Below, in pieces: positions 1 through 11,961 of a DNA stretch of 36,603 nt. The notes under the pieces were generated by a model that did no database searches, was not told where the DNA came from, and worked only from the letters and a program-made list of their open reading frames with translations. Source of the DNA: Xylographa opegraphella (lineage: Eukaryota). The stretch covers positions 310,001 through 346,603 of the forward strand of contig JALDZX010000022.1 in assembly GCA_022813865.1 (NCBI GenBank), written 5' to 3'. The position numbers and the translations under genes were made by a program. The first letter of the stretch is position 1; the number at the start of each line of letters is the position of its first letter.

Positions 1-8
1 TCAGGATT

Positions 9-328
9 TCATTCTCTAAATACTTGCTTCAGAAACACTTCCTCCTCTTTTCTCCAATTAATCTACAGTCAAAGGACACATTCACAAGTAAACGACGAGT
101 ATCCGCACCTGGCGCTCGTTTGTACATATCTCCTTACCATCACCTTACAGTCGGATTCGGTAGCAATCGCGCACAATTATTGCATATGTAATGAGTGTAC
201 GTGTCTGCCCAGCACGAGCGTTCACAATCTGGAAACGCACGGCAGGGAAAGAAGTCGATGCGGATACAGCCAGCTGTGCAGCAAAGAAAGAAACGGCATG
301 CGTGGTAGAAAGTCCGGGTAATACACAT
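9..328 (-). CDS. Small Cys-rich protein A (MCITRTFYHAC...ICNNC), 62 aa unspliced (stop 140-142) or 77 aa if spliced
   Basis: ATG at 328 in a strong GCCGCCATG context; 10 Cys in the first 52 aa. A possible intron 148..63 (GTAAGG...TGTAG) joins in frame to INWRKEEEVFLKQVFRE* (stop 9-11). The Cys spacing is shared with the ORFs at 31058 and 32963. Confidence 0.5.
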
Positions 329-798
329 GGCGGCGGTTATGGACCATAGATAACACAAGTAGGAGAGCGGTCACGGTTATATAGGGGTTTTCCACAAAAC
401 GGAAGATAAGGCGCATTGTTAAAAGAAAATACCTTGGGTGAAAGGTAGACAAGGAGCATGTTTGAAGATCGGTCATAGAGGGCCGGTTATGTATGTGATT
501 CATCTTGTACACAAAGAAGGATAACAGAGAGGGGAAAATGACTACGTTGACATTGTCCATAATCAAAGGAATGTTGCAACATTTCGTATTGCGCGTTGAA
601 CGAGTGACGTAGTAGGACTCAAGTGAAGAGAACTGCGTAAATCTGACAATGCTATTATCCAGCGTATAACAGCCTAACCCTATCCGGACATTTGCACGCC
701 GCATATCGATCAAGTCGCAAACGGGTAAATTTGAAAGCACCGAAACCAGCTCGGAACGCCTTGATCTCTGGACGAGGCAAGAAAGTCCTCTGCTTGTC

Positions 799-1401
799 TT
801 ATTCGGTAAGGTACAAGCGGCCCATACTTTGCATCAAGGTATCAATTTCGTCTGGTGTATTTCTGATGATTAGAGTTGACATTTGCGCCACCGCGACCTC
901 CTCCTGTCTGGCCGTTGCGTTAAGTATCTGCATGACCAGTGCTCTGAGTTGTGCTTTGTAATTCTGAATAACCATCTCCACTGCGTGCAATGCCTCTAAC
1001 AAACTAGGTGTCTCTGCGCCAATAATCTGTTCGACAATTTCGCGCAACATATCGGTGTCGCCGTAAGTTTGTCGAGCTGGCACCGTTAGCTCTGGGTAGG
1101 TTGCTTCGCCACCAGCGGCAATGTCAGCGAGTTTGTCCTGGAGCTGCTGGATTTCGGTGGGGTAGTGTCGTATGTATGTCAATGCACCTCGAGCAACCCA
1201 GTCACGGTATCCTTTGATGTCCTCAGGAACGAGAACATCTACGTTGCATGGGAAGTGATCGAAAGACGGGTACCATGACCATACACCTTCATAGCTTCCT
1301 GGCAAAGAGGCACTGATGGATATATCGATTCGCATCAACGCAAGTAATTCTGCTTCTCCTTCGGACGCATTGCCGCTGTAGGCACTTAGCGCTCGGGCCA
1401 T
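799..1401 (-). CDS. Hypothetical protein, possibly the surviving core of a decayed gene
   Basis: 200-aa ORF with protein-like composition and no recognisable family. The same frame is interrupted by single TAA codons at 1480-1482 and 799-801 and stays open on both sides. Splice-like signals lie upstream (donor 1567, acceptor 1489). Confidence 0.35.
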   Translation of the reverse strand: MARALSAYSGNASEGEAELLALMRIDISISASLPGSYEGVWSWYPSFDHFPCNVDVLVPEDIKGYRDWVARGALTYIRHYPTEIQQLQDKLADIAAGGEATYPELTVPARQTYGDTDMLREIVEQIIGAETPSLLEALHAVEMVIQNYKAQLRALVMQILNATARQEEVAVAQMSTLIIRNTPDEIDTLMQSMGRLYLTE

Positions 1402-2013
1402 ATGTTCTGGATTTATGACCGAAAAGGACCGCGTGGAAGGGTGGTTGAGATCAGTACCGGTATATCGAGTCTCAAGTGTTTAGTTGACCTGCCCAGAGAA
1501 GATATATTGGAAACAACGTCAATTGACCTTCATATATTTTCAGAAATGTACAAGCTTTAGTGCTTACTTGAGGAGCGTAAGAAGAAAGAGTTGAGGGGTT
1601 CTTTATTCCGCATTGGGACTCGAGCCAAATCTTGCCAAACCTACAGAAAGTAAAGCCAAGGGTCAGTTCCACAGAATTTAGAACAAAGCCACCATTACCC
1701 TGGATCCTACAGCCTGGACGCATTCAACTAGTAATTGATCGGCAAGAGTATTGTATTTGCAACCTATCGAGTGCATCGGCCAGCGTGGTGAGTACGCTTC
1801 GGTTGTTAGTGAGCGAAACCTTTTAGAGACGAAGAAAGAAATGTTGGAATATGAGCACAATTGAGATTCAGAACTCCTGGAAACTGGGGAATGTAGTTAT
1901 CGATAGCCACGATACATAGTGCTGTCCATCAAAACTCTTCGTAACCGCCTTTCGCTGGCTTACACATATGCGGAGAAGCGGATCCGGAACGCCGTGACCT
2001 GTTGTGGCAACAA

Positions 2014-2828
2014 TCACATCACCATGCAGCTACCCTCGCGACTTGCCGCGTCCCTCGTGTCTGTCGTCAAACCAACCTTGATCTGACTGTTCGTCGTCTT
2101 CAAGATCGCTTCGCTATGGCCACCCGGACCTCCAATCTGGTATGTCAGCCCGCCCTTGACAGGCGGATCATCGATGGTCACCAGTACGGAGCGGGCTTTC
2201 AAATGTGGGCTCAGTATATGCTTGCTGTTGGTGGTGTAGACAGTAAGCAAGCCGTGGAAATCGGCGGGGAGAGCCACACGAATATTGCCTGTCAACATAA
2301 TTCAGCACAACGCAAAGCTGGTATTGAGGGAGGGATGGATATACTATTGCTGGTCGTAGTTGTGATGTGGACCGCTTGCTTGGGCTTAAGCATATGCTGG
2401 ACAAGGAATCAGAAACGGTGACATCTGCGTAAGCATCCCACATGACTCACAACAGAGAGATCGATCCCCGAGTTAGTCGTGTGCGCTTCTATGAAACAGG
2501 TCCGTGGCAGGGTGCCTTCTATCCATAGTGTCGTCTCTATGCGACTGTTACTGGTCTTGAAATGCACATCTGGCGGGGTCTTGGAGGACCCGGCACCAGT
2601 TATTATGAAATCGCCGGAGATGTTCTGGTTCGACTTCTGGATCCTCACAGGGGCTTGGGCGCGTTGAGCGTCAGAGGGCGGTACGGGAGCATTCTGGGAC
2701 TCGGCGCTGGTGGAAGAAGTAGGGGTGAGAATCTGTTCCGAAGGCGTCGATTCGGCGTAGGTTGGGGGATCATCATTAAAACCTTGTCGGTCGAGTGCAG
2801 CTTCAGCGGCTTCGGAGTTGGCGTTCAT
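2014..2828 (-). CDS. 234-aa protein with PPTY motif, T(S/T)NS beta-solenoid-like repeats (DUF4097/adhesin-like) and C-terminal CaaX (CMVM)
   Basis: Exons 2828-2451, 2396-2345 and 2288-2014 join in frame via GT..AG introns (705 nt). Repeats are KSNQNI, TSNSRI, TTNSGI, TSNSNI, TTNSKH and TTNSQI. The protein ends in SCMVM*. Confidence 0.75.
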
Positions 2829-5252
2829 GGTTCGCTCGAATATGGCGTTTTCAATCTGGGATATAGGCAGCAGCTGATGAGAAGAGAACAACGATATTAA
2901 ATAGTGTTTGGTTTCTCGATGGTCTTCTCAACGAATGCCTGTCAGAATCGATCAATGGGCAGTGACTTGTGAATTTAGGACTGATCCTTTATAAATCACC
3001 AGTTCTCGGCTTTGCAGCTGCAAGACTCAAGACATACGACGATTCGTCGCAGGAGATGACAAAGCTGGCTGATAAGGAATTGGCGATTTCGGATTAGCCG
3101 AAGATGGTACGGTATGCATTGCGCGTCGTCAGCTACCTACGAAGTGCCTTAATTAACGCGTGGGCCGCATCATTGTGTACAGCCAGTATCGTCAACGAAG
3201 ACCATGGATCGGCGTTTCCGTGTTGAAGATGCTTTTCAAAGATTCGGTGATGTGTACAATCAAGCCACCGGCTCAACTTCATGAGTTCTGATCCATGCTG
3301 CTGCCGGAAGCCGCGTTGTTAGGAGGGCCAAGTTGGCTCATGCTAGCGGACACACCGACGCCTCTTGGATATCCTGTGTCACAAGTTCTCTATCCTAAAG
3401 TCTGAATGAATATAATTGTCTCAAAGTCTGAGATCCGACACAAATGTACAGACAGATTGCTACCACCACGGGTATCTTCGTATTTTAGTTATTGGTCATG
3501 GCATCGAGCTCATTCCTGAGCAGGTTCTGTTAGGATAAGTCATGTACGGAGTAAGCTGTATTACCTCCGCTAGCTTGGGACTAGACAACGTCTTTGGTTT
3601 GTACTGCAGCAACCAAACAGACTGGAGGATCTTGTTTCTGGCATGAACATGGTGCTTACTTATTCTTTAACGGGCGTAAATGGCCAGGATATGAGCAGAT
3701 ATCAAATAATGACGTACATTCAGCTGAATTTTGGCGATATGCTTCATACCATCCGCCCAAGCTGACCCTCTTTTATAGTAAGGTAGCTACGTTTACAGCT
3801 TGGATCTGCTGCGAAGCATAGTCAGTCAAGATCATGACATGGCCATCATAATTGACAGCAGGTTTCCCATGGAAGCAAACCAGTGGGCGCGGCCAAGGAT
3901 GACTTTTTGCCGGCAAGGGCTGCGTGGACAGTCAAAACCAGCATTGCTGCGATTGAAGCTATTTGAGCCCACTACAAGGTTGCGGGTCTCTTTGGGGGAA
4001 AAGAACAATCCTCCTGGAAGGTACAACCTGGACGGGTGCTAGCAGTGCATTTCTCGGGTTAGATACCAGTTTTGTAGTGTCGAATGCCAGTAGGTGGTTG
4101 CTTTCTCTGCGGCAATTCAAATTATCTCACACCTGACTAGACTATGGTTGTACCGGCCTACAGCCTGAAGAGACGTCGGAAAGCAGTGTCTTGACAGGAC
4201 TCATCTCTATGATCTTGACGTCGATATACTGAAATTTCATAGGTCTGCGCTGGGAGAGGCTTGCTCACTGACTGCGTACAAGGTTCAGCTGCTAGGAGGC
4301 AGCATGGTGCCAACAGTAGCCAAGCAAGAACCAAGATACCCTATAAACATGCTAGAGGAGGGAAGCATTTGAACTCGGATCTTGCAGCTTGAAGACTCCA
4401 ATGGTTCCCGCTGTGGCAATGCCAGTTCTGACCTATTGCTGGCCGACAAAGGTTTACTTGCTATTGAAAGAAATGGTCACCTGGATCGCCTCTTTCTCGG
4501 GCATCTGATTTGCAGCGATGCCAGTGAGAGGAGCAATAAGTGTATTCGGACCTCCAGCCTTCGTGCTTGCGACATCGACGATGTGTATACCTGGGCATCT
4601 AAATGCAAGCACATATCGACAATCGTGAGTCAAAGCGATCGCTGGCGTATCTTGGCAAAATTGTATACTGCGGGTAGAGCGATCGTTTGGTAGATTAGGT
4701 AGGCTTGAAGTGTGGGTACCGTATTCAGGACGCCCGTAGTGCTCTCCAAGTGCGACAAATGCTGTGTCCTTTCGAAAAACAAAAACCAGTCAACAAGAAC
4801 GCTCAAATACCGTTTGAATTCTTTTCTTGCGATGCTACTGTCTGGCAGCCAGGCACTCAGACGGCTTGCTTAGCACCAGGAACGGAACGGAATGGCAGCC
4901 GCAAGCCATAAATTCGGACTAGAGACTGTGTAATGATTTTCAACATTGCTTCAGCAAGCACTAATTTTAAGAAACATCATCCTGCAACAATATAAATGTT
5001 CGTGTACTAAAAATCCTTTACTCCGTTAAGGAGCCACACAGTAGTACCCTGAAGTAACTAATCTAAGCGTAAATAGATAGCAGATCCTTGAGGTTCCTAG
5101 GATACCTGAAAGGCTCTAGTGAAATGCTTGACGCTAAGCTTTCCCTTTTCCTGACCGGAATCTACGACTACCTACTAGTGCAGAAACTTCTGACTCAAAT
5201 CACTACGGTATATCTTCCTCACTCATTTCAATGTACATGAAACGATATCAAT

Positions 5253-7343
5253 ATGAACAAGGATGCGGGCTTTCTGCCGCTCACCTCAAATGTGCTGCTG
5301 TCAAGTGGACTGTTGCTGATAGTTGCCTGTTACTGGTTCTTCGAGGTCAACAAAGCGGTACCAGAACCGTACTTGGTATGATGGCTTACCAGCCTGCTGA
5401 CCGACAAAAGGTCATACTGAATACAATAGGACGAGGTCTTCCATGTCCGACAGGCTCTAGTATATTGGGCCAATGACTGGGCAACATGGGATTCCAAGAT
5501 CACCACCCCCGCCGGCCTGTAAGTCTAGAATTTCGGGGACAATGCTACGATCTGACCACAGCCAGATACATAACGTCATATGCATGGTTATGGATTTTGA
5601 AGGCCGTCCGAGTATCTTCTAGTCTCGTTACCCAACTACGAAGTCTCAATCTGTTGCAAGGCACAATCGCTCTTTATTTCGCTTCCCGGCAACTACTGTT
5701 TGACATCCCTAGATTTGAGGATTCCTCCGATGACGATGTTCCAAGAACCACATTGGCTCGATCGACATCACCGATAGGAATAGATCATGCAACTCTCAAT
5801 ATATGCCTATTTCCTCCGCTGTTCTTCTTCTACTCTTTGTTCTACACAGACGTGACATCTACCGTGTTAGTACTTCTCGCATATATGGACTTCCACTTAG
5901 AGAAAGGAAGAAACCAGTATTTCTTGAGTATTGCCGCTCTGCTTTTGAGGCAGACAAATATTTTCTGGGTAGCTATCTACCTAGGTGGTCTTGAAGTACT
6001 TCGGAATTTGCCCAAGGGACGTTCTGGTATTGAATTTCCTTGCAAATCAAGTTCCTTGGACGTCATGACTGGAAGTTGGCAGCATGCTTCTCTATACGAT
6101 CCGCTGGTTGAAGATGCTTGGTTTGAAGGTCTTAGTTAGCATGCAGCTGTAAGAAATGACCACTGATCATTGCTAGACTATATCAAGGCAGGCGCTTCGT
6201 TAAGCATTGCTAGTCTGGCAAATATGCGAAGACTGGCAGGACCTTCAGTCCCATATCTATCACTACTTTTAGGATTTGGTGGATTTGTCTTCTGGAATGG
6301 TGGTGTCGTGCTCGGTAAGTTGTATGGCACTCCCGATTTTTCTCTTATGAGTTCGAGAAAGCCTGTACCTCTTACTTCTTCATGTTACCTATCCTCTCTG
6401 CGGCTCAATATTTCTTTCATTTGATTTGACTATCCATATATACCTCTTGCTTATTAGACCATTTCCAGGTGACAAAGAAAACCACATCGCGTCCATCCAT
6501 CTCGCGCAAATGCTCTACATCTGGCCCTACATCGCATTCTTCTCATTTCCTCTGCTCTTGCCATATATCCTCAATGCCATCTTCCCAAAAACTGCGATTC
6601 CTTCACCTCTACGTATTGGCTCTACACGCTACAAGGTTCCCCGACCAGGCATCACTTTACTTTCTCTCGGCGCCATGCTTATCATCGTTCGTTACAACAC
6701 CATCGTTCATTCCTTTACTCTTGCGGATAACCGTCACTATCCATTCTATGTCTTCCGTCTCCTTCTGCGTCACCCTGCGATTAAGTATCTGGTCACCCCT
6801 ATATACTATGTTTGCGCTTGGGCTGCTGTTGCCTCCATGAGTGGGCTTTCTGGCGACAAGAAGAAGATAGCAATCCAGTCGAAGAGAGATAAAGATGGCT
6901 CCTTGTTCTTGCTTCCGTCTTCAGAAACCTCCTTGGAGCCAGGTACCCGTGTCAGTTTTGTTCTTATTTGGCTCTTGGCCACCTCACTATCGCTCGTCAC
7001 CGCTCCACTTGTCGAGCCAAGATATTTCATCATCCCATGGCTAATGTGGCGCTTACACGTCCCACCCTCAACGCCACTTGCGCCCGCGGTATCCGTTCGC
7101 CCGTCGTCAAGTTCCACGGCCTCAAAACATGGTGAGCAACGCAACAAAGTTGGTGCAAAAGAGGAGAACACTACGCACTGGCTATACAACATAACGGAGA
7201 GGAGCTTCGCGAACTCTGACTACACACTAGTCCTCGAGACACTATGGTTCCTGAGTGTAAATTGGGTGGTTGGCTACGTCTTCTTGCACTGGGAGTTTGA
7301 GTGGGTACAAGAGAAGGGCAGTGTGCAGAGATTCATGTGGTGA
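5253..7343 (+). CDS. ALG10: Alpha-1,2-glucosyltransferase ALG10/DIE2
   Basis: Exons 5253-5375, 5430-5518, 5566-6128, 6177-6314 and 6469-7343 splice in frame. Family motifs are VPEPYL|DEVFHVRQA, WDSKITTPAGL, FFFYSLFYTDVTS, RQTNIFWV, WNGGVVLGDKENH, HSFTLADNRHYPFY, LVEPRYFIIP and C-terminal QRFMW. Confidence 0.96.
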
Positions 7344-8111
7344 TCTATTGATAGGCCCATAGAATCCGGACACATGATCTACTTTTGTTCTCGATGCTTC
7401 CGAAACAAAATCGTCCAGAGCATGGACTACGTTCAGTTGCAGCCGTTGGTCAGTGAAACATAGATAGATATCCACCCTTCGCCATGGTATCTAGAAGCTC
7501 ATGATTGCTATGTTCTTCTTCGTCACTGCTCCACAGCATAAGCTATTATTACCTCATGTCAAGGTGTGCGTCTCAGACGTCTGTAGTCACCGTAGCTGCG
7601 GACACAAATAGCCGCCCGCCGGCAGAGTTTGGGTTTCCTGGCATAGCTGCGGACATACCGCTCCTATGAAGCCGCTCCTCTGATCTTAGTTACATTAGAG
7701 GTTAAAATGGTCTGTCATGATGGGTTCGCACGCCAAATATGCAGCTCGAGTGCTATTATCCCATGTAACGAAGGCGATGCGGCCGACGGCTACGTGAAGG
7801 AACTCTTCTCAGCGGTTGGAGTTAACGGCTTTTCAATCAGTTCGACTATTTACATAAGACCGTGTAGAGACTCGCCACTGTAAGGGCCAAGCAGGCGCCG
7901 CTGTATTTATCTTGTGATCTTCACGCCACTTCATCGCCAAGGTCGACGGCTGCTTGAAGGATGAGCTAGAATACTGAGCTTGGGCGTTCTAATACTCAAT
8001 GCCGGCCTGTGCCTCACTCATTATTCATCCTCAGAACCAGACTATGATCGACAGGCAAAATCCAAACTACTGGACAGAGACGTTTGCAAAATTTCCAAGG
8101 AAAGTTTTTCG

Positions 8112-11100
8112 TCAGATTTTAGCAAGCCGCAGCAACAAGGTCAAGTTACCGATGACCTGTTCTTCTTCTAAAATGGTAGACTCCTTCGCATCTCCGTCTG
8201 AGCTTGGCTTTAGGCTGCCATGAAGAGAACTCGTGAATAGCGATTGTTGAGATGATACCACGGCGTTGATGTCTACGCGGTCAGGATTTGAAAGTATGTC
8301 GTATTGTATATGGACGTCGTCGGTCGGCACCAAGCCTGCTTTTTTCCGCATCCTTTGGATTCGGTTGATGATGTCGCGGGCTAGTCCTTCGTCGAGGAGC
8401 TCCGGATGCGAGGCGGTGTCCAACAAGACGATGACATCCTCCGAGAAAGCCGCCTCCCACTGTGGCTCATCCCCATACTTAACGTCATGAACCGTGTCCT
8501 TCCCTAGCAATCGCACGATTGTCAGATCGTTCTCGTCAAGCTCAATTCCGTCAATGGTTATCTTCTTGTCATGCAAATATTGCTTGAGTTGTTCTTGCGT
8601 CAATTTCGGAAGAGCTTTGTGGACAACTTGGGCATCTTTCTTCAACTCCTTCCCTAGAGTGGGCCAGTCGACTCGAGCTTCTAGAAGAATATTGTATCGC
8701 TCTTCATCACTGGTCAAAATGATGTCTCTAATATTAACTTCCTCCTTCACATATGACTGCAGCGACTGCACATCGGAGATCCGTTGTGTGTCTGCAATAA
8801 CCACAAGCGAGAGGAGGGGCGTCTTTAAAGAGATATTGGAGCGTTCCCTCGCCGTCCTAGCGAGCTGGACGACCTTTTGCATCGCAGATACTTTCCTTTC
8901 AATCACTTCGTCAAACAATGACTCTTGTACGGTCGGAAATGGGAGAAAATGTACGCTCCTCGAGTCTTGGAACTGCGCTAACGTATCGCCGAGGTAGGGT
9001 TTGATGAGTCCATAAATGTGCTCCGTTAAAAACGGTGTGAATGGCGCCATAGCACGGACAATCGTAAAAAGCAGCTGACACAAAGTATTCAATGCAGCTT
9101 TCGTGTCCTCAATTCCAAGGCCAGCAACGCCTTTCAATCGTTTACGATTGAATCGAATGTACCAATTTGTCAAATTGTCAATGACTTGGAGCAAGCGCGG
9201 TACAACAGCGAAGAGACGGTAGCCTTTCGAATTAACCGCGATGTTTCAACAGATCAGGACCTACTTACAACGCATCTCTTGGTCCATGAAGCGTAACAAC
9301 CTCTGACAGTCTGCAAGGATCCATCGATCCATGACATTGCTTAGACCGTCCCCTGAAAACAGCAATTGTGCAACGAATTCATTTCCTGTAGACTTTTTGT
9401 ACAGTGTTACTTGCTCGAAGAAGAAGCGATAGCTATTCCACAGGGGAAGTAGAACTTTAGAGACTATCTCCTTAACCCCAGATTCCTTGAAGCGTATCGA
9501 CTCTGCTCGGACGACTGGAGAGCTGGTCAGATAAAGCCGCAAAGCGTCAGAACCGTACAGATTCAAGATAGTATTAGGATCCGGGTAATTCTTAAGACTC
9601 TTGGACTACTTCTTGCCATCTTCGGCCAGGATAATCCCATTGACGACGCAGTTTCGGAATGGCGATACCTGGAAAAGCTTGTTTCTGAGGACACTAAGGG
9701 TGTAGAACCAGCCACGAGTTTGATCGAGACCTTCAGCAATGAAGTCGGCAGGGAACCGACTACCTTGGAACTGCTCTGCATTCTCAAAGGGAAAGTGGCA
9801 GGAGGCGTACGGCATGCTTCCTGACTCAAACCTGGATCAGTTAGTCAGATCTCTACAATAACAAGTTGGAGAACGACAGACCAGCAGTCAAATATTTCAT
9901 CCACCCGCCGAAGGAGTCCCTTTCCTTGCTTGGATGGAATTGTAATCCCGTCGACCTTGTCCCTGTGGATGTCTTCCAATGGACCGGTGTAGCCACTGAG
10001 CTCTTTAAGCTCATTAATGCTACCAACACAGACGACCTCTTTATAGTCCTCAATGACCCAGAGGGGTATTGGAGTCCCCCAGTACCGATTTCGGGACACG
10101 TTCCAATCATGGGCGTTAGAGATCCAATTCGCGAAACGTTTATCCTTGACACTCTGAGGGACCCAGGTTGTTGATTCCAGATTCCGTAGCATATCGGGAA
10201 TGGAGTTTGTAACCCGAATAAACCAGGAAGAAACAGCCTTCCTGATAAGCTGGGTATCAGACCTCCAGCAGAATTTGTCTACATGGGAAACTTGACTCTC
10301 AACCAATAAACGACCAGTAGATCTCAAGTCCTTAAGGATCGCTTTATCTGCAGACTGCACATGCTGACCGACATATTCCGGTACCTCTGATGTGAAGAGC
10401 CCCTTGTCGTCAACAGGGCACGGCGGCAAACGCTCCGGAGAAATGAAGCCTGCCGAGACTGCGGCGTCATAATCCTCCTGGCCAAAGGCTGGAGCCTGAT
10501 GTACAAGCCCAGTACCCTCGCCGGCCTCGACATAGTCTGCGCCAATGAGCCGGAAGCAATCGGAGAACTTGTCAATGAAATAGGGGAAAAGAGGCTCGTA
10601 CTTCCAGCCGATCATGTCCTTTCCCATGATTTTTTAATGACCTTGAACTTTGCCTTTTTCGGATCCTTATAGAGCATGGGAATCCCACTCTCTAAGAGGA
10701 TATATTGCTTTCCGGACTTTTCGTCAAATATCTCGACGTACTCGAATTGGGGGTAGACAGCAATGAAGAGGTTGGACGGAAGAGTCCATGGAGTTGTTGT
10801 GTAGATAATCAGCGAAGCTTCTCCATGGCCTTCCTGCCCTAGCACAGGAAATGCTACCAATACCGCAGGATCTTGAGTTAATTTCTCGTTCTGCTTCGAT
10901 TCCATATGGCTCAATGGTGTACAGAGTGCGGTCGAGAAGGGCATGATTTGGTAGGCTCAATATACTTGATCTTTATCAAAGAGCTGTTTGAACACCCACC
11001 AACAAGACTCCATGAATGTTACATCCATCGACTAGACATCAACTTAGTACCAGTTCAAGCCGGATTGATCCTGCTTGAGTCATACCTTATAGTCATTGTC

Positions 11101-11629
11101 AAAATCAACCCAGCGACCTAAACGTTCGATAGTCTGTCTCCACTCGCTGGAATACCTCATGACAATAGCTTTGCACTCTGCGTTATACTTTTCAACACCC
11201 ATCTGCTCGACGGCATCTCTGGCAGAAATGCCCAATCTCTTGTCGATCTCGTACTCGATAGGCAAACCATGGGTATCCCAGCCAAAGCGACGAATGACAT
11301 GATATCCTTTCATCGACCAGTATCGCGGTATGACATCTTTGATAGTGGAGGCAAGGAGATGCCCGTAGTGTGGGACGCCTATAAATAGTCAGAGTGGCAC
11401 CATGATAGCAACGAGAAGAGTTCATACCGGTCGCTGCAAATTCATTTGATTAGCGAATACTCTTCATGATACGTAGCCGAAAGGACCGGCGGCAACGTAC
11501 CAAATGGCGGACCGTCGTAGAAAGTAAAGTGCTCATGACCTTCCGTCAGGCGAAGTTGGGTTTGAAAAGCCTCAATTTCTCGCCAGTACCGGAGAGTATC
11601 CTCCTCTCTTTGGGAAAGTCGATGCTCAT
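8112..11629 (-). pseudogene. ILS1: Divergent cytosolic-type isoleucyl-tRNA synthetase, pseudogenised
   Basis: Exons 11629-11501, 11433-11428, 11378-11086, 11031-9882, 9831-9269 and 9223-8112. Motifs are FYDGPPFATGVPHYGH (HIGH-type), [54 protein letters not shown] and [11 protein letters not shown]. Lesions are a 1-nt deletion near 11605, TGA at 10957-10959, a 1-nt deletion in the A6 run at 10630-10635, and TAG at 9606-9608 (K*SKS). Confidence 0.93.
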
Positions 11630-11961
11630 TTCAGCTAGGTTGCCAGAGCTCCGAGATTTGGAGATTGAGATGGGAGTCAAAGGGAGAGAAGGTTTGAGTC
11701 GTACTGATACAGGCTGGGAGTGTGAGTCAGGGTAGAGTAGCCCTCTAATTTTGTGAAGAGCACGACCTTAAGGGTTCGGTTAGTCGTCCATGCTTCGTAC
11801 TGAAATATGCCGCACAAAATCTATCGAGGTCTACTCAGCTATTCTAGTTGGTTATTATTATCAATTGAAGAATTTATAGCGCTGCCAAGCCGTTTTTTTT
11901 CAAACCCTTGGTGAAACGAGAGAATATAATCAAAGTACATCGTGACCTTCACAGAATCTTT

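Noticed and set aside
3000..5200. Several 60-100 aa ORFs and a GACATACGAC stretch resembling a 5S rRNA start
   Set aside because: No motifs or coherent splicing; the 5S similarity ends after about 9 nt.
8266..11735. Plus-strand ORFs overlapping IleRS (and similar antisense ORFs over ALG10, the SDR, the MFS and the 34.5-35.9 kb gene)
   Set aside because: Antisense shadows of real coding sequence.
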